Below are positions 38,411-48,069 of a stretch of DNA of 64,000 nt, piece after piece. Both the position numbers and the translations under genes were made by a program. Each line of letters starts with the position of its first letter. The first letter of the stretch is position 1. The stretch lies in NCBI GenBank assembly GCA_965243395.1, contig CBDEUS010000002.1, positions 640,001-704,000 of the forward strand, written 5' to 3'. The notes below the pieces were generated by a model. The model had not been told where the DNA came from. It saw nothing but the letters and a program-made list of their open reading frames with translations, and searched no databases. The DNA comes from Gammaproteobacteria bacterium. Lineage in GTDB: Bacteria; Pseudomonadota; Gammaproteobacteria; UBA4575.

Positions 38411-38728
38411 TTAATCTCGTGCGCGCCCCATGGCATCTTTTGCAATTTCATTTGCATAGAATTCACGTATCTGTTCTACGGGTTCTATACGGTTTGCGCC
38501 TGAACCGGTTAAACATTGATCTTTTCTATCTACCGCCCACATAACATAAGCCGTAAATCCTACAAAGTCTTCAGGAAACTGATCTTTATGTGGGATACCG
38601 GTATGTTCCACACGGTCACCTTTTAATTCTTTTTTGATTCGTGCTAACTCATCTTTAAGATCATTTACATCTTCACCATCCCATTGGCCAACTACTTCGC
38701 CTTTTCTACTTATAATATCGTTTGACAT
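38411..38728 (-). CDS. Hypothetical protein (105 aa)
   Basis: AGGA SD, coherent acidic ORF convergent with the CAP gene. Confidence 0.7.
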   Translation of the reverse strand: MSNDIISRKGEVVGQWDGEDVNDLKDELARIKKELKGDRVEHTGIPHKDQFPEDFVGFTAYVMWAVDRKDQCLTGSGANRIEPVEQIREFYANEIAKDAMGRARD

Positions 38729-39235
38729 AAAAATTCCTGTTAATTAATGAAATTGTTACTAAATTTTGAGCTATGCATCATCACATTTCAAGCACAAAAA
38801 AGACCATCATTTAATTAGTAAAATTGCCTACTATTAGAATGGTTGCTTAATAAGTTAATAAAGCTATCGCTACAGCTAAATTTACAAAATAGTAAAAAAA
38901 CATATTGCAATTCAAATAATCAAAAACACAAATTTATTGAATTTAAATATAGATTTCTATACGGAGGAATTGATAAACAGGTATTAGGTTTATTGATTGT
39001 GTGTGACCACTGACTGTAAAAAATATACCAAATATCGTTTACCTTTATTCACACTATAAATTGTGTAAATGAATGAACCTTATGGTTCTCAAGTTCGAAA
39101 CACAATTAAATTCCTAACTTGCTGCAAATTATTACCAAGTATCGGTTTGCGTCGTACCTTTAGTTAATTCCTTACAGCTAAAAAAGAAAATTACGCCGAT
39201 AGTATTCATACAAACATCCTGGATGACCTGATTGT

Positions 39236-39946
39236 ATGGATACACAAAAATTATTTGTTTTAATTTTGATTTTTCCTCTATTTGGTTTTTCCTCACAATC
39301 TTATTCGTTAATATCTTCCGTAAGAGCAAATCAATTGCACTTACAAGCTGAATTCGGCGATTCAGTTTCTCAACATAAGCTTGCAAATCACTATAACTCT
39401 AAAATTGGAATTTTACGTAAACCGGTGCTTGCAAAAAAATGGTATCGGGCAGCTGCGTTAAATGGGCATATCGAATCACAAAACCATCTTGGATTACTTT
39501 ATCTTGAGTTTAGAAATTATATTGAAGCGAAAGTTTGGTTTGAAAGTGCCGCATCGCATGGCCATGCTCGTGCACATTCAAACTTAGCCGGTATGTACGA
39601 GACAGGAGATGGTGTCTTAATAAATAGAAAAAAAGCTCACTCACTTTACCTAAAGGGTGCCTCTTTGGGAGATGTTCAAGCAATGTATAAGGTGAGTTTA
39701 AATCTCACTTCAGGTGATTTTTTAAAGAAAGATTATTTTAACGGTTGTGTTTGGATTTACCGTGCAGAAAGTTTTCTTAACAAAACAAATGCTAGCAAAA
39801 CATTAGTGCAAGAAATATTAAGCCAAAAACAAAATTGTCAAAAATTACTTTCAAAAACACAAATTATTGATGCACATGAAGCTGCTAGCTATAGTTTTTC
39901 TAAAAATAATGTAAATTTTAAAAAACTGATGAGCTTAACTCATTAA
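39236..39946 (+). CDS. Sel1-repeat (TPR-like) secreted protein
   Basis: Repeated A..WY..AA..G...Q..LG..Y motifs. Confidence 0.85.
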   Translation: MDTQKLFVLILIFPLFGFSSQSYSLISSVRANQLHLQAEFGDSVSQHKLANHYNSKIGILRKPVLAKKWYRAAALNGHIESQNHLGLLYLEFRNYIEAKVWFESAASHGHARAHSNLAGMYETGDGVLINRKKAHSLYLKGASLGDVQAMYKVSLNLTSGDFLKKDYFNGCVWIYRAESFLNKTNASKTLVQEILSQKQNCQKLLSKTQIIDAHEAASYSFSKNNVNFKKLMSLTH

Positions 39947-40730
39947 CTGCTACTAACATTTCTGGATCATCTGTTAGCGCTTGAGAAATACAGCTTGAGC
40001 ATGCAGTAACGGGATTTACACCACTGACAATTAACTTCCCTGCATGTACTAATAAGCGTGTACTTGCACCTTCGTCTAAGCCGCTACCTTTTAAGTTGCG
40101 TGTCATTTGAGCAAACTTAACAAGTTGCCGAGCAGTGTTGTTATCTATTTGAGTTTCTTTTTCAATAATTTTTTGTTCCGTAGCAGCGTTAGGGTAGTCA
40201 AACTCTAATGCTACAAAACGTTGACGTGTACTTTGTTTTAGATCTTTTAATACGCTTTGATATCCAGGGTTATAAGAAATAGCCATGCTAAATTCAGGTG
40301 GGGCTTCAAGTAGTTCGCCAAGTTTTTCCATCGGCATCACACGTCGATCATCACAAAGAGGGTGAATCACGACGGTTGTGTCTTTGCGCGCTTCTACAAT
40401 TTCATCTAAGTAGCAAATACCCCCGGCACGAACCGAGCGCGCCAGTGGGCCATCTACCCATACGGTTTCACCACCGGTAACTAAATAGCGTCCCACAAGA
40501 TCGGAGGCTGTTAAATCATCATGACAAGAAACGGTAATGAGGGGGCGCTTCAACTTCCAGGCCATATACTCCATGAAACGAGTTTTCCCACATCCTGTAG
40601 GACCTTTTAGTAGAACAGGTAATTGATTTGAGTAAGCCGCCTCAAAAACATTAATTTCATCACCCACTGGCTCGTAATATGGCTCATCTTTAACGAAATA
40701 TTCTTCTAATTTGAAGGATTTGGCTTGCAT
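39918..40730 (-). CDS. CbbQ/NirQ/NorQ family MoxR AAA+ ATPase
   Basis: GPTGCGKTRF, YLDEIVEAR.DT, SYNPGYQ..LKDLKQSTRQRF, LDEGASTRLL. Confidence 0.92.
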   Translation of the reverse strand: MQAKSFKLEEYFVKDEPYYEPVGDEINVFEAAYSNQLPVLLKGPTGCGKTRFMEYMAWKLKRPLITVSCHDDLTASDLVGRYLVTGGETVWVDGPLARSVRAGGICYLDEIVEARKDTTVVIHPLCDDRRVMPMEKLGELLEAPPEFSMAISYNPGYQSVLKDLKQSTRQRFVALEFDYPNAATEQKIIEKETQIDNNTARQLVKFAQMTRNLKGSGLDEGASTRLLVHAGKLIVSGVNPVTACSSCISQALTDDPEMLVAVNELSSSVF

Positions 40731-41045
40731 GATAGTTTTACTGTTATTTATCTTTAATACTACTTTGTATCAAATAATCTCGCACACTATTACCGTTAAA
40801 AATACATCAGGAAATTTAACTTACTTATACACGCATAACACTTCTATTCGTACAATACATTGGCCCAAAGTAGGATTCTCAAACGCCTTATAAGATTTCA
40901 TAATAATCAGTGATAAATGAATGACTTATATCGCAGTGATATAAGGGTACTTAAAACCGCTATAACTATATTTATATTGAATTGTTACGGATTAGCTAGC
41001 AGACTTGTCGGCCCAAAAAAATAACTTTAATGGAAATCTTCAGTA

Positions 41046-41897
41046 ATGTTTTCAATTAATCCTTTCGCTGAACTTGCGACATTAATTTCACCTACAATCA
41101 TCCAAGCATACATTGTCCTTATGTTTATTATGGTTGTGTTAGGGACAATCCTCGATATGGCGCATAAGAAAAGCGCCCAGTATTTTTTCCAAAATGCGGA
41201 ACAAGCAAAAAAGAATGCCAAACGTACTCTCAGCTTTGGTAAAAAAGCATCGCTTGCATTAGCTACATTGGCACATGAAGTTGCAACTGCAGGAGAGTTT
41301 GCAAATAAAAATACGGCACGGCGTCTTTCACACAATCTAACAATGTATGGTTTTATACTATTTGTTGTCGCAACTGCGGTTTTGATCTTCAGTTATTCAA
41401 CGAGTACTGCTGCTAGTTTTTGGCCTGTCGTATGGCACATTGGTGCGATTATGCTGTGTCTAGGGGGTTACTGGTTTTGGTTCTTTATCCGTGTAGATGT
41501 CTCATCTGAAGGAGTTAAGTGGTACAACTTCAATGGCCGTGGTGACATCTTTATCGTTGGGTTAATTGCAATGGGTACTTTTGCATTGCTTTGGTCTGGC
41601 ACACTCGCTAGTGGTGGGCTATTGAATATGATTTTCCTTGTATTGTTTATAGCTTCAAGCACAGTTTTATTCTGTTCTGTTTATTGGTCCAAGTTTGCTC
41701 ACATGTTTTTCAAGCCAGCAGCGGCTTTTCAAAAGCGTTGTATCAAAGCGGATGGTTCATATGAGAACCTTCCTGAAGTTGGCGATCTATCTGATCCTGA
41801 AATTCAAGCTAGATATCCGGATATTCCTGAGTATATGGGCAGCAATCCACCTGACATGGGTCTAGGTATTAAGGCAGAAGCCCCAAGACATTACTAA
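41046..41897 (+). CDS. aprM: APS reductase membrane anchor AprM
   Basis: Multi-TM; HKKSA.YFF, H.LTMYGF, WSKFAHMFFKP; directly upstream of aprBA. Confidence 0.9.
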   Translation: MFSINPFAELATLISPTIIQAYIVLMFIMVVLGTILDMAHKKSAQYFFQNAEQAKKNAKRTLSFGKKASLALATLAHEVATAGEFANKNTARRLSHNLTMYGFILFVVATAVLIFSYSTSTAASFWPVVWHIGAIMLCLGGYWFWFFIRVDVSSEGVKWYNFNGRGDIFIVGLIAMGTFALLWSGTLASGGLLNMIFLVLFIASSTVLFCSVYWSKFAHMFFKPAAAFQKRCIKADGSYENLPEVGDLSDPEIQARYPDIPEYMGSNPPDMGLGIKAEAPRHY

Positions 41898-41935
41898 TTT
41901 TTACTTAATTAATCGAAATTTAGAGAGAAAATATT

Positions 41936-42418
41936 ATGCCTACTTTTGTATATATGACGCGTTGCGATGGTTGCGGACATTGCGTTGATATTTGTCCATC
42001 AGACATCATGCATATCGACACGACTACTCGACGTGCTTATAACATTGAGCCAAACATGTGTTGGGAGTGCTACTCCTGTGTGAAAGCTTGTCCTCATAAT
42101 GCGATTGATGTTCGTGGTTATGCAGATTTTGCTCCACTAGGACATTCAGTACGAGTAATTCGTGATGAAGAGAAAGGCGTTATTGCTTGGCGTATCAAAT
42201 CACGCAATGGCAAAAAAGATATGAATCTATTGGCGCCTATCACAACCAAACCTTGGGGTTCAGCAACTCCTCAGTTATCTGAAGTGGAAGCTCCTAGTCA
42301 AGAGATGAAAGACAGTCAATTACTTTTCAACGAACCAAAATATATACGTTTAGATGATGGTGACATTCATACACTTGAATCAAATGGTTTAGAGATGAAA
42401 GAAGGGGTGTACTACTAA
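41936..42418 (+). CDS. aprB: Adenylylsulfate reductase beta subunit
   Basis: MPTFV..CDGCG.CVDICPSDIM, CWECYSCVKACP, RGYADF. Confidence 0.98.
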   Translation: MPTFVYMTRCDGCGHCVDICPSDIMHIDTTTRRAYNIEPNMCWECYSCVKACPHNAIDVRGYADFAPLGHSVRVIRDEEKGVIAWRIKSRNGKKDMNLLAPITTKPWGSATPQLSEVEAPSQEMKDSQLLFNEPKYIRLDDGDIHTLESNGLEMKEGVYY

Positions 42419-44301
42419 TGTCTTATAAAACGATTGTCGAAGACAACATTGATATTCTAGTAGCGGGTGCTGGCATGGCCGGTACGGGTGCTGCATTTGA
42501 AGCGCGGTACTGGGGTCAAGATAAAAAAATAGTCATTGCCGAAAAGGCAAATATCGATCGTTCTGGCGCAGTCGCGCAAGGACTTTATGCTATCAATACA
42601 TACATGGGTACGCGCTTCGGTGAAAATAATCCTGAAGATCACGTGCGCTATGCACGCATCGATTTGATGGGGATAGTTCGCGAAGATTTATTATTTGATA
42701 TGGCCCGTCACGTAGATTCTGCGGTACATCAATTCGAAGAATGGGGTTTACCGTTAATGCGTAATCCCAAGACAGGCGCTTATCAACGTGAAGGTCGATG
42801 GCAGATCATGATTCATGGTGAGTCCTACAAGCCAATCGTTGCAAATGCTGCAAAAAAATCTGCGAGTGAAGTTTTCAATCGTATCTGTGTAACACATTTT
42901 TTAATGGATGAATCAAAAGAAAATCGTGTTGCAGGAGCGGTAGGTTTCAACGTGCGTACTGGTAACTACCATGTATTCAAAGCTAAAACTGTTATTTGTG
43001 CTGCCGGCGGTGCTTCCAATATTTACAAGCCTCGTTCAGTAGGTGAAGGTGCGGGTCGTGTTTGGTATGCGCCATGGTCGTCAGGCTCTGCGTATGGGTT
43101 GATGATTGGTGCGGGTGCCAAGATGACACAAATGGAAAATCGCATTGTGTTGGCGCGTTTCAAAGATGGTTACGGTCCTGTAGGTGCGTATTTTTTGCAC
43201 CTCAAAACGTATACGCAAAACGGCCTTGGCGAAGAGTATGAATCAAAGTGGTGGCCTTCTACTCAGGAATTGGTAGGTAAGGAATACTTAGATCCGGAAG
43301 TTTCGCATAGAACGCATCGTCCTATTCCAACGTGTTTACGCAACCATGCATTTATCTCAGAAGTGAATGCTGGTCGTGGACCTATTCACATGGTTACCAT
43401 GGAAGCCTTCCAAGATCCTCATCTAGAAGAAATTGGTTGGCATAACTTCTTAGGAATGACAGTCGGTCAAGCGGTACTCTGGGCTGCTACTGATGTGGAT
43501 CCTAAGTATGAGAACCCCGAACTTACAACTTCTGAACCTTATGTAATGGGTTCACATGCTACGGGCTGCGGAGCATGGGTTTCTGGTCCTGAAGATCTAT
43601 CTCCCCCCGAGTATTTCTGGGGTTACAACCGTATGACTACTGTTGAAGGGTTATTTGGTGCAGGAGATGCTGCAGGTGGTACACCGCATGCATTCTCATC
43701 GGGTTCTTTTACCGAAGGTCGTTTAGCTGCCAAAGCTGCGTGTAGGTATATCGATGATGGTAAGGCAGAAGGGATCACAGTTTCTCAAGATCAAATTGAT
43801 CGACGTAAAGCTGAGATATATAAACCAATGGAGCACTACAAGATTTACCGCAATGAAATCACAGCAGGTAGTGTTAACCCTAATTACATTAATCCGCGAC
43901 AAGGACTTGATCGCTTGCAAAAGCTAATGGATGAGTATGGTGGTGGTGTAACGGTAAATTACATGACCAATGAAAAATTACTCAACATAGGATTAAAGAA
44001 AATTAAAACTTTGGAAGAAGATCTTGAGAAAATTGCTGCAGAAGATATTCATGAGTTACTTCGCGCATGGGAATTGAAGCATCGAACAATGGCTTCTGAA
44101 GCTGTATTGCAACATACGTTGTTCCGCAAAGAGACACGCTGGCCTGGTTATTATTATCGTGGCGACTTCATGAAAGTAGATGATCAAAACTGGCATGTAT
44201 TAACGGTTTCACGACGTGATCCGGAAACAGGTGAATACACCATGGAGAAAGCGCCATGCTATCACCTGGTCGGTGATGAAGAAAAACAAGCAGCGGCTTA
44301 A
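42418..44301 (+). CDS. aprA: Adenylylsulfate reductase alpha subunit
   Basis: RSGAVAQGL.AINTY, WQIMIHGESYK, RFKDGYGPVGA, FSSGSFTEGR, ETRWPGYY. Confidence 0.98.
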   Translation: MSYKTIVEDNIDILVAGAGMAGTGAAFEARYWGQDKKIVIAEKANIDRSGAVAQGLYAINTYMGTRFGENNPEDHVRYARIDLMGIVREDLLFDMARHVDSAVHQFEEWGLPLMRNPKTGAYQREGRWQIMIHGESYKPIVANAAKKSASEVFNRICVTHFLMDESKENRVAGAVGFNVRTGNYHVFKAKTVICAAGGASNIYKPRSVGEGAGRVWYAPWSSGSAYGLMIGAGAKMTQMENRIVLARFKDGYGPVGAYFLHLKTYTQNGLGEEYESKWWPSTQELVGKEYLDPEVSHRTHRPIPTCLRNHAFISEVNAGRGPIHMVTMEAFQDPHLEEIGWHNFLGMTVGQAVLWAATDVDPKYENPELTTSEPYVMGSHATGCGAWVSGPEDLSPPEYFWGYNRMTTVEGLFGAGDAAGGTPHAFSSGSFTEGRLAAKAACRYIDDGKAEGITVSQDQIDRRKAEIYKPMEHYKIYRNEITAGSVNPNYINPRQGLDRLQKLMDEYGGGVTVNYMTNEKLLNIGLKKIKTLEEDLEKIAAEDIHELLRAWELKHRTMASEAVLQHTLFRKETRWPGYYYRGDFMKVDDQNWHVLTVSRRDPETGEYTMEKAPCYHLVGDEEKQAAA

Positions 44302-44313
44302 AAAAGTAATCAT

Positions 44314-44378
44314 AAGGCCTCTTTTGAGAGGCCTTTTGTTCTGGCAAAAAAAAGATCAACCAAAGTTGATCTTTTTTT
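44314..44378 (+). terminator. Tandem rho-independent terminators after aprA
   Basis: AAGGCCTCT-TTTG-AGAGGCCTTTT followed by AAAGATCAAC-CAAA-GTTGATCTTTTTTT. Confidence 0.8.
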
Positions 44379-44429
44379 ATTTTAGAAGGCGTAAATTTTT
44401 TTATTGCAGAAACTGCTATAGAGAATGAT

Positions 44430-44780
44430 ATGAACATTATTGAAAAAAGCGACGAAGAAATTCTAGAAATTGCGCATCCAATGTGGGATGACCTTATTAA
44501 ATATTCCAACGAAGGTGAGTATGGAAAATTTATTCGTAAATTTTCTTATGATTTGTTGTTTGGTCTTAATGAGGTTGAAGTTGGAAAACAATTCGCTAGA
44601 AGTGAGCTAACCAGAAACTTAAATACTGAATATGACTATCTTGGTCTTATTCGTAGAGGTGAGCATGTAACGGTGTTGTACCGCGTGACGAGTACCAAAA
44701 AAGAAGGTGAGTGGTTAGGACGCATGGTATTGGGTTATGAAAAAGACGAAGTGAGAATTTTCGGCGCATCTGTTTTTTAA
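44430..44780 (+). CDS. Hypothetical protein (116 aa)
   Basis: Coherent ORF; alpha/beta pattern reminiscent of NTF2-like folds (unverified). Confidence 0.7.
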   Translation: MNIIEKSDEEILEIAHPMWDDLIKYSNEGEYGKFIRKFSYDLLFGLNEVEVGKQFARSELTRNLNTEYDYLGLIRRGEHVTVLYRVTSTKKEGEWLGRMVLGYEKDEVRIFGASVF

Positions 44781-44813
44781 TCATTTGACTGTATAAAATT
44801 TTGGATTACAAAC

Positions 44814-45353
44814 ATGAATGAAGTCATTAAAGAGGTTATCACCGAAGGAAAGCTTGTTGAATTAAAATACAAAGTTATCGATTTAAAATCAGAAGCCATT
44901 CTTACAGAAGTAGAATTTCCAATTGGTTATATCCATGGTTTTACAGAAGCGCTTGCTCCACAAGTGACTGCAGAATTGGAGGGGAAAACTGTAGGTGAAA
45001 TAATAGAAGTTCCTATCGACTGTAACAAGATATATGGTCCTAGAGATGAGTCATTGGTTGTTATCGATCATATCGATAATGTTCCTGAAGAGTATCGTGA
45101 GGTAGGTATGTCAATCCTGATGGAGAACGAAAAGGGTGAAACAAAAAGTTTTCTGGTAACCCGTGTTGATGAAAATTCTGTAACTATTGATGGTAATAAC
45201 CCACTTTGTGGTCGTGAAGTAATATTCAAGCTTGAAATTCTAACTGTGCGCGATGCAACCGATGATGAAATTGAAGCGGGTGGCCCCGTAAATGCTGAAC
45301 CAGATATTAGTGAGATCGTAGGGTCAGATCAAAAAGTACAACCACTCAACTAG
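44814..45353 (+). CDS. FKBP-type peptidyl-prolyl isomerase (SlyD-like, no His-rich tail)
   Basis: YIHG, L.GK..G, YG.RDE, IDGNNPLCG....F..E...VRDAT. Confidence 0.85.
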   Translation: MNEVIKEVITEGKLVELKYKVIDLKSEAILTEVEFPIGYIHGFTEALAPQVTAELEGKTVGEIIEVPIDCNKIYGPRDESLVVIDHIDNVPEEYREVGMSILMENEKGETKSFLVTRVDENSVTIDGNNPLCGREVIFKLEILTVRDATDDEIEAGGPVNAEPDISEIVGSDQKVQPLN

Positions 45354-45394
45354 TTTCTCTAAAGTGAATGATGCTGATCTGATGGAGAAACATA

Positions 45395-46504
45395 TTGCCT
45401 CATAATCTTTATGCCGAAACACTTTTAACACCAGGTCTTGGAATACCTATTGCGTGGCGTCATGACAACCGCGCACAGTATTTAATTGAATTGCTTGATC
45501 AGGATTCTCCAGTGCGTGGTGCACTGTCACAAGCCATTGATCGCTATGGCGATACATTCTTTGAATTAGCATCCAATAAAGAAACGCTTATTGAATGGGC
45601 CAATTCGCAAAAGACTTTAGTCGATACCGCAGATGTCAGAGAACTAAGATTGGGTGGGGCTCATGTTTTTCAACAGGCGATTGAACTTTTTCAAGGTCTG
45701 CAAATGGTGGTGGAAAAAGAAGATGACCCAGTGAGGTGGTCTGCAATTCATCACAACATAGGTGATGTGATGGGGTTTATTGGACAGCGCAGTGGCAGCA
45801 CACATTTTCTTGAGCAAGCGGCTATGTCTTATGAACAGGCCTTGGAAGCTCGAAGTTTTGAAGACACACCATTCGAGTGGGCATGTACGCAATATAATCT
45901 TGGGGTCGTGATACAAACACTTGGCCAACTAGAAGATGATCCCAACTTACTCAAACAAGCAGAACAAACCTATAAACAAGCTTCAACTGCATTGAAAAGA
46001 GATGAGCATCCAGATGAATGGGCTGCAACTTTATGCAGTACTGGCAATGTGCTTTTTCTATTAGGTATACATCGACGGGGTCCTCGCACACTAGAACAGG
46101 CTGTGGTTGTAATGCGTAATGCTATGGCGGAACGTACTCCGGATAAATCGTCTTATGCATGGGCTATTACACAAAACAATCTTGCCGCAACGTTACAAGC
46201 TTTAGGTACACATGAAGAAGATATTTCATCTCTAGAAGAATCAATCCCAATCTACGATGCAACACTGAAAGCACTACCTAAAGAAGACGTGCCGATGATA
46301 TGGGCAATGGTTTCTGCGAATCGTGCCTCTGCCATGCATGCTTTGGCCGATGAATCTGATTATGTAGAGTTGGCTATGCGAGCAGAGTCGGAATTTGCAA
46401 GCATTGCTGAATTATTTGCCGAAGCAGAATTAACACGTCATCAGCAACTGGCAGAAGAACGCAGAGATCAGTCAAATGAATTAGTTAAATTACTCCAGGT
46501 CTAA
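45395..46504 (+). CDS. Tetratricopeptide-repeat protein
   Basis: Repeated P..WA.TQ.NLG..L ... L..A...Y..AL units. Confidence 0.85.
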   Translation: MPHNLYAETLLTPGLGIPIAWRHDNRAQYLIELLDQDSPVRGALSQAIDRYGDTFFELASNKETLIEWANSQKTLVDTADVRELRLGGAHVFQQAIELFQGLQMVVEKEDDPVRWSAIHHNIGDVMGFIGQRSGSTHFLEQAAMSYEQALEARSFEDTPFEWACTQYNLGVVIQTLGQLEDDPNLLKQAEQTYKQASTALKRDEHPDEWAATLCSTGNVLFLLGIHRRGPRTLEQAVVVMRNAMAERTPDKSSYAWAITQNNLAATLQALGTHEEDISSLEESIPIYDATLKALPKEDVPMIWAMVSANRASAMHALADESDYVELAMRAESEFASIAELFAEAELTRHQQLAEERRDQSNELVKLLQV

Positions 46505-46514
46505 GATAAGAATT

Positions 46515-47387
46515 ATGATAAAGACCTACTCCCAACGTCTCTTGCCTCCCTATTATGGGCTGGCACAAATTGTAGAGTCTGAACGCGCAAGGGCGATAAC
46601 TGTTGATGGTCAAACCTGGGAAATTCAATTTCTTCGCACCGGTAATGGCAGCCAAAGTAGAAACAATATCTTTAGACGCGCAGTAACTATTAGTGACAGC
46701 GAAATTAAACAAAAAGAACTAGAATCCTTGTTAGAGGGGCAAGAAGTTGATGAGCGTATTCTGGAATTAACAGATTTTCTTGCAGATGTTTCCTTGCCTT
46801 TTCCTGTAGCAGATCGTTATGAATATTGGTTGTTGGATGAAAAACATCAATTACCATTAGCGTTAATTTTTTCAGCTAAAGACCCCGAGCAGATGAATGC
46901 GTATCCTTCTCGTCCAGAATGGACTGCACTACCCGCAGCTGTGATGCCAATAGAATCCACAGAAGAGGAAAAGTCTTATGCAGCAGCGCCTGTAAATTAT
47001 CGCCTAGAAAGACTAGTGGCAGAGAGGGCTGGAGTAAATCCTAAGGCTAAGTGGTTCACGCGAAGTTCAAGTGAAGAATATACGTTTCCTACTTTTATGT
47101 TGTCTGAAAATTGGCAAGAGGAAGAAAGTATCGATTTATGTCAACGTTATCTTTATCGTCAGTCTCCTCGCTTGTTGATGTTGCATGGTTTAAATCAAGA
47201 GCTACGAAGACAGTTAGAAATAAATGCGAAGAGTTTCGCACTAGAAGTGGCACGTTTTTACCCTCTCTATCCTGAAGTAGTTGATCAAACTTTGATGAAT
47301 GCCATACTTGTTGAGGCAAAAATAAGAGGAACGACTGAAGATCAGCCTGCGTTGCACAAACGTAGAGACGGAATACATTATCTATAG
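46515..47387 (+). CDS. Hypothetical protein (290 aa)
   Basis: Long ORF 10 nt after the TPR gene; no recognised motif. Confidence 0.75.
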   Translation: MIKTYSQRLLPPYYGLAQIVESERARAITVDGQTWEIQFLRTGNGSQSRNNIFRRAVTISDSEIKQKELESLLEGQEVDERILELTDFLADVSLPFPVADRYEYWLLDEKHQLPLALIFSAKDPEQMNAYPSRPEWTALPAAVMPIESTEEEKSYAAAPVNYRLERLVAERAGVNPKAKWFTRSSSEEYTFPTFMLSENWQEEESIDLCQRYLYRQSPRLLMLHGLNQELRRQLEINAKSFALEVARFYPLYPEVVDQTLMNAILVEAKIRGTTEDQPALHKRRDGIHYL

Positions 47388-47416
47388 TAAGAATACATAA
47401 AGTAAAAGGATTATTC

Positions 47417-47743
47417 GTGGCGCAATATATTTTCATTTATCTGGGTGGCGAGCATCCCAGCAACCCTGAAGAAGGTAAAAAGCATTTTGAGAAATACCAA
47501 AAATGGTTGCTAAGTCTTGGAGAATCTGTAGTGAGTCCTGCGATTCCTTTTAAAGACACACATACTGTTCATAAAGACGGTAGAACTCAGCAAGGTACTA
47601 CTACATTGATGTCGGGAATGAGTATTTTAAAATTTGAAACTTTGCAGGATGCACTTGCGGCTGCAAAAGCATGTCCATTCCTTGAAATAGGCGGCACGCT
47701 AGAAGTTTCAGAAATGATTGAAATGTCAAGCACAGTGAATTAG
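47417..47743 (+). CDS. YciI-like dimeric alpha/beta-barrel protein
   Basis: W..SLG, SG.SI, A...AK.CP.L..GG.LEV.E. Confidence 0.75.
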   Translation: MAQYIFIYLGGEHPSNPEEGKKHFEKYQKWLLSLGESVVSPAIPFKDTHTVHKDGRTQQGTTTLMSGMSILKFETLQDALAAAKACPFLEIGGTLEVSEMIEMSSTVN

Positions 47744-47750
47744 ATAAACG

Positions 47751-48068
47751 ATGTCACTAAAGATAACTCAAAAACATTTTTTATATGGAAAACGTGAATT
47801 TGAATTAGATGAAGATATCGTAAAAGTTAAAGTAAATAGTTTATTAGATGAAAATAAAGATTTTGAGGTTGAGTTAGCTATGATTAATCCAGAGCCCATA
47901 TTAAGTAAATCTCGCTTGGAGTTTCATAGTCGAGTTAAGTGTCGGCCACTGATTTCTTTATATTTAAACAAACCCAACAAAAAAGAGTTTAATGCATTTG
48001 TTGATGCTATTAAAACTCGAGCAAAAAATGAATTTGATTCATTTGCTGGAATTAATGTTTCTGAATGA
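47751..48068 (+). CDS. Hypothetical protein (paralogue A)
   Basis: Similar over its whole length to the N-terminus of the next ORF. Confidence 0.75.
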   Translation: MSLKITQKHFLYGKREFELDEDIVKVKVNSLLDENKDFEVELAMINPEPILSKSRLEFHSRVKCRPLISLYLNKPNKKEFNAFVDAIKTRAKNEFDSFAGINVSE

Positions 48069-48069
48069 A

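Noticed and set aside
38730-39386. AT-rich gap and 84-aa minus-strand ORF as a tRNA, sRNA or mobile-element scar
   Set aside because: No cloverleaf, repeats or transposase remnants; the ORF overlaps the Sel1 gene.
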